From: a virus
Virus record (IMG/VR): IMGVR_UViG_3300020599_000004
Coordinates: 63,831 to 127,830 of that record
DNA length: 64,000 bases
Strand: one strand, 5' to 3'
Position 1 is the stretch's first letter. Every line of letters begins with the position of its first letter. Position numbers and translations under genes: made by a program. The notes beneath the pieces were generated by a model, which searched no databases, had not been told where the DNA came from, and was given only the letters and a program-made list of their open reading frames with translations. Positions 55,448 to 62,972 of this stretch are shown here, piece by piece.

Positions 55448-55922
55448 ACCTGCGTACATTACTTACGTTATCGACCTACCAGAAGACCTGCTCGGCAGCC
55501 ACTGGGAGCATCTGTTGGCCGTGTCCGATGCGGACACGCTCCTTTATGCCGCATTTGCATACCTGATGTATTACGATATCTACTACATGGAGTCCATCGC
55601 CGAGAATCTTCCAGATGCTGATGAAGACCTCGAACTGGAAGCCCGAGAGTTGTTGGGCATGTGGGTGGATGACGTGTACATGGCACTCAATGGACTCGCT
55701 GAAGAATTGATCGACAGCAAAGCCTACAACCTGGCAGGGTGTCGCTACAACCGTGTCGATCAGTCCATGGCCATTATCTTGAAAGCGAGGGAGTTTGATG
55801 AACCCTTCACACCTGTCCGACTTGAAGACTATGAACGTCCTCGTCGAGATACCCGAAACCCTCACCCGATCTCGCGCCTGGGCCGCACTGGAGGACTTTA
55901 TAACGCCAGAGAGTTTCTTTGA
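55440..55922 (+). CDS. array member 5, hypothetical
   Basis: 160 aa, GGAGG RBS; its tail overlaps the next gene by 92 nt. Confidence 0.7.
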   Translation: MGEPAYITYVIDLPEDLLGSHWEHLLAVSDADTLLYAAFAYLMYYDIYYMESIAENLPDADEDLELEARELLGMWVDDVYMALNGLAEELIDSKAYNLAGCRYNRVDQSMAIILKAREFDEPFTPVRLEDYERPRRDTRNPHPISRLGRTGGLYNAREFL

Positions 55923-56223
55923 GGCCATCATCAATGAACTGATGACGTTTGATAGGCGCTTCTATCAAAAAGAAGAAGACCATTTGATTGAATTCCTCTT
56001 GGAGGATGGTGCGGAAGATCAAGTTGTTGAAGAATGCGAGAAGATGTTCAGAGAACTGGCCGAGGTAGCCAGATGTTGCTTCAAGAACCAGATGTGCACC
56101 TGGGTACAAGACAACGGATTTATCAATCGGTTCTGGTTGGAACAGGTCCTCATCGATGATCATAAGCAAGCCGCCATGCTTATCTTCTGTTGCGAAGACC
56201 ATCCCCAGCAATCGCTCTTCTAA
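55831..56223 (+). CDS. array member 6, hypothetical
   Basis: 130 aa, acidic. Confidence 0.7.
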   Translation: MNVLVEIPETLTRSRAWAALEDFITPESFFEAIINELMTFDRRFYQKEEDHLIEFLLEDGAEDQVVEECEKMFRELAEVARCCFKNQMCTWVQDNGFINRFWLEQVLIDDHKQAAMLIFCCEDHPQQSLF

Positions 56224-56232
56224 GGATCAACC

Positions 56233-56601
56233 ATGCCGAATACGGAAACGTGGATTATTGAGTTTCCTGCGATCGGCGAACGCCGGTACAGGCACTACCT
56301 GGAACTGGTGACGATTGAGGATCTGATCCACTTGGCTGTGGACTTCGTGCTCTACGAGGACCCGGATCACTTCTACGCATGGATGTACACGCGCATGACC
56401 CAGGATGACTTCCCGGTCGGATTGGGTCGGGTATTCGTGGATCACACGTTCGAGATCATCCGGGAGATCAAAGTGGAGCTGGATTACTTGAATGACCGTG
56501 ACTCCATTTACGAATACTTGAAGAGCTATCAACTCGATTACGTCAATGTCGATCGAGTCAGCAACTCCGTTTACCTACATTTTATCCTGAGGTCCGTTTG
56601 A
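56233..56601 (+). CDS. array member 7, hypothetical
   Basis: 122 aa, AAGGA RBS. Confidence 0.75.
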   Translation: MPNTETWIIEFPAIGERRYRHYLELVTIEDLIHLAVDFVLYEDPDHFYAWMYTRMTQDDFPVGLGRVFVDHTFEIIREIKVELDYLNDRDSIYEYLKSYQLDYVNVDRVSNSVYLHFILRSV

Positions 56602-57026
56602 TGACCAGAACTGATCTTGTCAAACAGGGGAGGACTGCACTGATTCTCCCAACCGAGGAATGGTTCCCTCCGGTAGAAAAGTACAGTCGACTACTCGATA
56701 GTGTAGGCATGTCTATGCACAAGGCCGTCGAAACCACCTTGGGCGTCACCATGCGGGCAGTACAAGGTCACATGTTCCGCCTCTCGTTGCCAGATAGTGG
56801 CGAGTACAACAACATGCTCATTAACTATCTGATGGAACTTGATGCAACTGAAGATCAGATGAACAACTTCGATACCATGGTCGCTGTGGCCGAGGTGTCA
56901 ACCCATTTCTACAACCAACTCACCCGGTTGTTCCGTGATTACGGCCTTTCCGAGTACCAGATCAAAACCATGAAGATCCTCGGATGGGAAGACAACGACC
57001 TGGTGGTGAGCATCGTCAGGAACTGA
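56598..57026 (+). CDS. array member 8, hypothetical
   Basis: 142 aa; start overlaps or abuts the previous stop, GAGG RBS. Confidence 0.75.
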   Translation: MMTRTDLVKQGRTALILPTEEWFPPVEKYSRLLDSVGMSMHKAVETTLGVTMRAVQGHMFRLSLPDSGEYNNMLINYLMELDATEDQMNNFDTMVAVAEVSTHFYNQLTRLFRDYGLSEYQIKTMKILGWEDNDLVVSIVRN

Positions 57027-57033
57027 ACCACAA

Positions 57034-57369
57034 ATGGACACGCGCTGTCTCTACGACGTTGAACAAGAGGTCAAGTACTTGCGCGAGGACCTCGCCAGTA
57101 TGTCTATCGCCGATTACGACCTGGTGGAGATCGTCTCCCACTTTGTCGACTTCTGGCGAGACGGTGAGCGTGCCATTGCCAGCTACAAGACCCATGGCTG
57201 CATGGTGGAATGGTTGGATGCCACTAGCGAAGATGGGATGGTTCTCTATGAAAGTTCTCTTCGCTTCTACGGTAAGCTGTGTCATTTGATGCACGACCTA
57301 CAGGGCTATGAGATCGCCCGAGCCGAACTCAGCGAGGACGAATGTTCTCTTCTGGTGTATGTCAGATGA
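57034..57369 (+). CDS. array member 9, hypothetical
   Basis: 111 aa, acidic. Confidence 0.7.
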   Translation: MDTRCLYDVEQEVKYLREDLASMSIADYDLVEIVSHFVDFWRDGERAIASYKTHGCMVEWLDATSEDGMVLYESSLRFYGKLCHLMHDLQGYEIARAELSEDECSLLVYVR

Positions 57370-57665
57370 AAGCGATAATACAAGAATCCGAAATTCTCGC
57401 TGCTCTGGCAGAAGAATTAACGCGTGATCTCGAACCGGATTATCCTCTCGATGATCTGGATGCGATGCCTGAGTCCGTCCAACGACGCCTGGAGAAAATC
57501 GTGGGGATGGCACTCCAACCCGAAGAAGATTATCGGGAGGAAGTGGAGGACTACGCGCTAGCGCTGCTGTTGCGTACTGATCCTGTGATAATGCAGTTGT
57601 TTGCGCTGCCCTGGCAGCGCATGGAGCTGTACGACAAGTTTGGTGCCATTGTCCTCTATTTCTAA
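57366..57665 (+). CDS. array member 10, hypothetical
   Basis: 99 aa, ATGA overlap with the previous stop. Confidence 0.7.
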   Translation: MKAIIQESEILAALAEELTRDLEPDYPLDDLDAMPESVQRRLEKIVGMALQPEEDYREEVEDYALALLLRTDPVIMQLFALPWQRMELYDKFGAIVLYF

Positions 57666-57676
57666 GGAGCTGTTAC

Positions 57677-58099
57677 ATGTCCGTACCCCTCGACCTTTCG
57701 ATCATCGGTAAGACCATCCAATTCGAGACGCAAGCGCCCGCTATCCTGGGCAGCATCGTCAAGAACGTCAAGGCATTGGGGTTCCTGGACCCGGGCTCGG
57801 CAAAGTCCATCAAGGACATCTTTGCCAAGCACGCGGAAGTCTACCCCTACCTGCCCAGTGGTGTAGCGGCTGACAGCGCCACGTCCTACAGCTACCTGAA
57901 GGTTCAATTGCCTGATGGCAGCTTCGATGTCTATGGTCTGCCCTGGATCAAGCAGGACACTGTCAACGTCATCACCGATACGGACATTGTCGCCCGTATC
58001 AAAGGCAAGAACGCCAGCGATGTCGACAAGGTTCGTACAGCCCTGCTGGCGCAGGGCTTCGATGCCGATGAGCTGGACATTCAAGTGGTGACCAGTTAA
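57677..58099 (+). CDS. conserved jumbo-phage protein preceding DNA polymerase (phiKZ gp49-like by synteny)
   Basis: 140 aa, AAGGAG RBS, HAEVYPYLP...YGLPWI, stronger codon bias than the array. Confidence 0.75.
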   Translation: MSVPLDLSIIGKTIQFETQAPAILGSIVKNVKALGFLDPGSAKSIKDIFAKHAEVYPYLPSGVAADSATSYSYLKVQLPDGSFDVYGLPWIKQDTVNVITDTDIVARIKGKNASDVDKVRTALLAQGFDADELDIQVVTS

Positions 58100-58166
58100 T
58101 TCTTACGGTATCCCCACAGATTTATGAAACTGGGGTTGTCCATTCCTTGGTTTCATACCTCGTGAA

Positions 58167-58203
58167 CAGGGTCCTTCGGGACCCTGCTTTTTCTTTTCTT
58201 TTT
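58167..58203 (+). terminator. intrinsic terminator
   Basis: CAGGGTCC-ttcg-GGACCCTG then a T-run. Confidence 0.9.
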
Positions 58204-58302
58204 CGTCTGGAGCAGCGCTCCTTTCTTTTATGCCGCATAGGTCCAGTTTTCGAAAACTGGAATGACCTATCACATGCAGAGATACCAGAAAAGGGTTAGT
58301 TA

Positions 58303-60495
58303 ATGAGCAGCAAGTTTGTGAACCACTTCGTCCTTCCGGTTGACAAATACAAGCGTGACCTGAACCTGGTCGGTGCTTATGTCAAGCAGACTGCTACGTT
58401 GCTGCACAAGCAAACTGGCAGGCCTTACGAAGAATGCGAGCAGTTCGTAAAGGACTGCATTCGTCCTGGCGGTCAGTTTGCGCTTAAGGACCCTAAGGTC
58501 TTCAGTCTGGAGCAAGTTACCCCAGGCAACCGTGAGCGTGTGGACCGTACTTTCCTGGGTTATGTGGGAGAAGTGGTCAACACGAACCGTATTCTGTCTC
58601 CCTCCATGGTTTGTTACGAGCGACCAGAGGTCATCAAGTCCACCTCCGCGGCCTTCATTGAAGGGGGGATTAACGAGCGCAAGGTGGCTAAGAAGGAAAT
58701 GTTCATCGCCGGTCAGAAAGGCGATAAGGTCCTGGAGTACATCAAGGACTGTGAGCAGAACGCCAAGAAGATCGCGATCAACTCCGTTTCCGGGATGCAC
58801 GGGTTCTCCGGAAACATTTTGTACGTCAAATCGGGCCACTCCAGCCTGACGTCCATGTGCCGGACTGCGACCGGCTACGGCAATGCCAACAATGAACGCT
58901 TCATTACTGGTTCCAGGCATTACTGGTCCAGTGATATCGTGGAAGCGAATATTGCCACCATTATCACTAACACCGACTATGACCTCCTACAGGAGACGCT
59001 GGACCACTACCAGATCGTCATCCCGTCGGTGGCAGACACCATGGCCTGCATTCGTCGGTCGACGGAACTTTACTGGCGAAATGAAGGCGAAATGAATCGT
59101 CTACAACAGCTGGTTGAGAAACTTACCGATCTGGAACGTGCAGCCTTCGTGTACTCGGGTGATTTGTATCACCTGGCTAAGTTCAATGACACCTTGGTTC
59201 GCGGCTTCATGGACAAGATGATCTGCCCGGCTGATCTGCCCAAGCCCGCAGACCCTGATGCCGTGCTGAAGAGTCTGGACTCGGACCTGACCTCGTTCGT
59301 GAACTACCTCAATGCCCATATCCTCGACACCTATAAGGACGAAGAGGGTAAAGTGCAGAGCAAGACTCACAAGTGGGTCAAAGAGAACGACCCCGAGGGG
59401 TACATGACCCTGGCTGGTACTGCACAGAACCTGCTCAATGTACTGGATGAATACGCGCTGCTAATTCGTGGGCTGTGGGTACCCAAGCACATGCCGCCTA
59501 CAGTAGCCAACATTAAGTCGATCATCCGTCGCACTGCATTGGCTTCGGACACAGACTCGACCATCTTTACCACTCAAGAATGGGTGATGTGGTACACCGG
59601 CAGTTACAAGCGAACCAAGAAGGGTGACGGCATCTGGTACGCCATGACGTATCTGACCACTCAGTGCATCATCCACGTGCTGGCACAGTTCTCGGCTAAC
59701 ATGGGTGTATCTCCGGCTGATCTGCACCGCCTGTCGATGAAGAATGAGTACGCCTTCCCAGTGTTCTCACTGACGGCGCGGGCTAAGCATTATTTCGCCT
59801 ACATGTCTGCCCGTGAAGGTAACGTGTACAGTGAGTACCACTCTGAGATCAAAGGTGTCGCTCTGCGGTCCTCGGCAGTGCCACCTCACGTGATCAAACG
59901 TGCCAAGGAATTCATGCTTGAGATCCTTTCCACAGCGGATAAGGGCGAGCAGTTTGACCTGGACTACGTGTACAACCTGGTTTGGGAGATGGAGCAGGAT
60001 ATCTTCCAATCGATTGAGAAGGGCGAGGGCAAGTACCTCAAGACCGGACAGATCAAGGAAACCTACAAGAACATGGATTCCTCTCCGTACCAGCATTACC
60101 TGCTGTGGGAAGAGGTATTCGCTCCGCGTTATGGCAGCACCCCGGCTCCGCCGTACTCCATCATTAAAGTACCGTTGGAGATTAACAACAAGACCGACAT
60201 GAAGAATTGGCTGGATAGCATCGAGGATCGTGCCCTGGCCAAACGCTTCATGAAGTACCTGGATGCTCGTGGTAAGACCGAGATGTCTACCTTGCTGCTA
60301 CCGATGGCGGTGCTGGGTAGTTCGGGTATGCCTAAGGAGATTCTGCAAGTGGTGAACTCCAGAAAACTTGCGTTTGAGATCCTGGAGTCGTTCTACATGC
60401 TGTTGGAATCCTTGGGCTTGTATCAAGTAGACAGCAACTACATTCGCATGATCAGCGATATCTACCACCCCAATAGCAAGGAAATGACGCAATGA
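58303..60495 (+). CDS. split family-B DNA polymerase, catalytic subunit (phiKZ gp50-like)
   Basis: Motif B NAKKIAINSVSG and motif C LASDTDSTIF; 730 aa. Confidence 0.92.
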   Translation: MSSKFVNHFVLPVDKYKRDLNLVGAYVKQTATLLHKQTGRPYEECEQFVKDCIRPGGQFALKDPKVFSLEQVTPGNRERVDRTFLGYVGEVVNTNRILSPSMVCYERPEVIKSTSAAFIEGGINERKVAKKEMFIAGQKGDKVLEYIKDCEQNAKKIAINSVSGMHGFSGNILYVKSGHSSLTSMCRTATGYGNANNERFITGSRHYWSSDIVEANIATIITNTDYDLLQETLDHYQIVIPSVADTMACIRRSTELYWRNEGEMNRLQQLVEKLTDLERAAFVYSGDLYHLAKFNDTLVRGFMDKMICPADLPKPADPDAVLKSLDSDLTSFVNYLNAHILDTYKDEEGKVQSKTHKWVKENDPEGYMTLAGTAQNLLNVLDEYALLIRGLWVPKHMPPTVANIKSIIRRTALASDTDSTIFTTQEWVMWYTGSYKRTKKGDGIWYAMTYLTTQCIIHVLAQFSANMGVSPADLHRLSMKNEYAFPVFSLTARAKHYFAYMSAREGNVYSEYHSEIKGVALRSSAVPPHVIKRAKEFMLEILSTADKGEQFDLDYVYNLVWEMEQDIFQSIEKGEGKYLKTGQIKETYKNMDSSPYQHYLLWEEVFAPRYGSTPAPPYSIIKVPLEINNKTDMKNWLDSIEDRALAKRFMKYLDARGKTEMSTLLLPMAVLGSSGMPKEILQVVNSRKLAFEILESFYMLLESLGLYQVDSNYIRMISDIYHPNSKEMTQ

Positions 60496-61499
60496 CGCAG
60501 ATCAACGTGTACCTGAATCTGGATGACTATCGCCTTAATACTCCGGACATGGCTGACCGTACGGTGGTGGAGCATCTGGTGCAGGGACAGAGCGCTCCTC
60601 TGTTCATTGGTGCGATCGGGGAACGTAACGTGGGCGGTGCCTTCAGTCAGTACGCCATTTACGGTGAGCAGGGCGAGTTAATACTTGCCCTGGGCTTCCA
60701 GGATGGGAATCCGGCGGCCGTAGGCCAGAACGGGGTTACCATCGAGGCACTCCTGGCGATCTGCACGCATCGCTTGAAGGCTATCCAATTCAAAGGTGCG
60801 TTCACGTGCGCAGAGAACGCCCAGGCCATTGACTACATGCAACGCGCCCTGCTCGCCCTTAAAGGTCGTACCGCACGTCGACTGAATCAGGGTGTTGATG
60901 ACGAGGATATTAGCTGGAGACCTTCTCTTGAGATCACGCGGGAGGACGTCGAGGGTATCCCAGAGGTTCCCGTGAAGTTCAACCAGGCTGATGAATATAA
61001 GTCGTTGGCTCAGCGACTGCGGGAGTATTCCCGTAATCCACACCACATCAACCCGATGTCGGAGGCCTTCCACAGACTGATCGACGAAGCCGCTGCTGCT
61101 CTCAGTGCCGTGGCGACTGAGAGGGAAGGCAAGGTACCCTCCGAACAACCCGCCGGCATTGATGCTATTGTTGAGCCTAATGGCAAAGTCCTTAACCTGA
61201 CGATCAGTGGCGACAAGTACAGCGGACAGTCCACCTTTACAGCAGCATTGATTTCTCTTCTCCAGCAGATCGGCGTAAAGGGTGTGACGGTTAACACCCT
61301 TTCTGATGAGTTCATTTATCTGTTCGGACACATGGACAGCGGTAAACTCACCATGGCTGAGGTAGGCAATACTTTGAATGCACCGACGATCGTCATCAGC
61401 CACGCCGGTGCCGAGGAAGGTGGTGTTCAGTACAAGATCGACCTGAAAACTGGTGACATGACCATGCAGACCCAGGGTAAACTCTTCGACAGGAGCTAA
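60492..61499 (+). CDS. multidomain protein containing a Tad1-like sponge domain
   Basis: Residues about 39-135 match Tad1 motifs (GGAxxxY, FQxG, QxGV, RLKxxQ, FxxxENAxA, RxxxR); ATGA overlap with the polymerase stop. Confidence 0.72.
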   Translation: MTQINVYLNLDDYRLNTPDMADRTVVEHLVQGQSAPLFIGAIGERNVGGAFSQYAIYGEQGELILALGFQDGNPAAVGQNGVTIEALLAICTHRLKAIQFKGAFTCAENAQAIDYMQRALLALKGRTARRLNQGVDDEDISWRPSLEITREDVEGIPEVPVKFNQADEYKSLAQRLREYSRNPHHINPMSEAFHRLIDEAAAALSAVATEREGKVPSEQPAGIDAIVEPNGKVLNLTISGDKYSGQSTFTAALISLLQQIGVKGVTVNTLSDEFIYLFGHMDSGKLTMAEVGNTLNAPTIVISHAGAEEGGVQYKIDLKTGDMTMQTQGKLFDRS

Positions 61500-61507
61500 C
61501 CCAGGAC

Positions 61508-61546
61508 GGCATAAAGGGAGGGCTCAGGCCCTCCCCTCCTTTATGC
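61508..61546. terminator. GGCATAA...TTATGC hairpin between convergent genes
   Basis: GGCATAAAG-GGAGGGC-tcag-GCCCTCC-...-CTTTATGC. Confidence 0.75.
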
Positions 61547-62635
61547 TCGTAGATACGGCCTGATGAAATCGTCAATGAACAACGTGAAGTAGTCACTAAC
61601 GAAACCGGGCAGGTTGCCCGAGAGTGCTTTGTTGCTGTCCAGCTGAATGAGTACACGGTTGATAGCGTTCATCTCATTCAGGCTACGTTCGTTGTCCGTA
61701 GCATCTCTTAGGTGCAGGAGGAAAGCTGTCATGTTTAGACGAGCTGCCACCAGTGCCCAGAGAATCTGGTTGGTAAATGGTGTTTCAGGCAGTCGATGGA
61801 CTTCCAACATGTCAACCCGGCTGAATGCTGGAATGTTCCGCAGGATATCCACCATGGGCAGGCGGTTGGTCTTGAACCGACTTAGTGCCGTGTTGATCAC
61901 GTTATCGAGTTTGTCCTCGATCCTGATCCGCACAAAGGGATACTGCCGATGGCTCTTACCGCAGTGCTCACCCATGCTGCGGCGGGTATAGCGGTTGAAG
62001 ATGGCTACGTCCAGGTGACTGTAGATGGCATTCGTCAAGGGATACTGCATGACGAAGTTCTCAACGTTCTTCACCGATTGCGGGTTGATCAGCTTCTGTT
62101 CGATACGCCACAGTTGGTACTGACATGCCAGCATAGGAACGTTGACCGAGATCACTGCCATCCCTCGCTCTTCAGACTTGGACAGTCCATCCAGGGATTC
62201 GATACCTAGGTCACTGCGGTGGTGAGCCAGGACTCTGACGGGCTGCCAGGTTTTCCAAACTTCCAGTGAATGAGAGAGGTCAAAGTCCGAATCATCGGCA
62301 ATGATGATTTCGAAGGTTTCCTCGCCGTAGAAGACACCCGGGCTAAACGGCTTACCTTTCTGTAAGCTGGAAGTCATGTGGAATGTACCTGTGAATAACG
62401 CAGTACGCTGTTCCACCGCAGCACGATAGCCAATCAGGTTACCGTCAAAGAAAACGTTGATGCTCTCAAGGAGCTTGACCAGCAAGTGATTGCTCCGACA
62501 ATGGGCTGCACCACTCCGCTGATAGGCAATCCAACGATCCACGTCTTTATTCAGAGCGTCTTTGACGTAGCTGAATAGAGGAAAGGTAAAGTTGGATGCG
62601 CGAGAAACTGGCTCGTTATTGAACAGAGTGTACAT
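61541..62635 (-). CDS. conserved jumbo-phage protein upstream of chimallin (phiKZ gp52-like by synteny)
   Basis: 364 aa, divergent from chimallin. Confidence 0.75.
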   Translation of the reverse strand: MYTLFNNEPVSRASNFTFPLFSYVKDALNKDVDRWIAYQRSGAAHCRSNHLLVKLLESINVFFDGNLIGYRAAVEQRTALFTGTFHMTSSLQKGKPFSPGVFYGEETFEIIIADDSDFDLSHSLEVWKTWQPVRVLAHHRSDLGIESLDGLSKSEERGMAVISVNVPMLACQYQLWRIEQKLINPQSVKNVENFVMQYPLTNAIYSHLDVAIFNRYTRRSMGEHCGKSHRQYPFVRIRIEDKLDNVINTALSRFKTNRLPMVDILRNIPAFSRVDMLEVHRLPETPFTNQILWALVAARLNMTAFLLHLRDATDNERSLNEMNAINRVLIQLDSNKALSGNLPGFVSDYFTLFIDDFIRPYLRA

Positions 62636-62871
62636 GTCGGTGTCCAGTTAAACGGTAGGAAAGGTTCAAAGGATTTGCAGGTTTTCCTGCTGGTGGAAAT
62701 GAGTCATGTAAAAAAATACAAACTTACTACTATGTTATAGAGGTTGACTACGGTCGATCTCCGGGCGGTTTGCCGCCCGAATACGGGAGAGGAGTACCTA
62801 CGTGTGCTCCTTAGGCACTGGGACTGTTAACCGTATCCCTGATTCTTCATCAATTGAGACGACTCGATTGT

Positions 62872-62894
62872 AAGAAAAAATGGTGATACATTAT
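62872..62894 (+). promoter_or_regulatory. putative early promoter of chimallin
   Basis: AAGAAAAAA-tggtga-TACATTAT, 78 nt before the ATG. Confidence 0.65.
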
Positions 62895-62972
62895 ACTCAT
62901 GAGCAAACGTGCGCAATGCACGCGTTGGTCAATTCGCGAATTGCAACCAAGCAAAACCAAGGAGTTAAGATA

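Noticed and set aside
60606-60896. Acb2 as the identity of the sponge-like domain
   Set aside because: It lacks the Acb2-type KIKGYRDLS N-terminal motif as I recall it; the motif order fits Tad1 instead.
62815-62850. tRNA-Asn-like CTGTTAA loop
   Set aside because: No anticodon stem, D arm, T arm or acceptor stem. No tRNA genes were found in the window.
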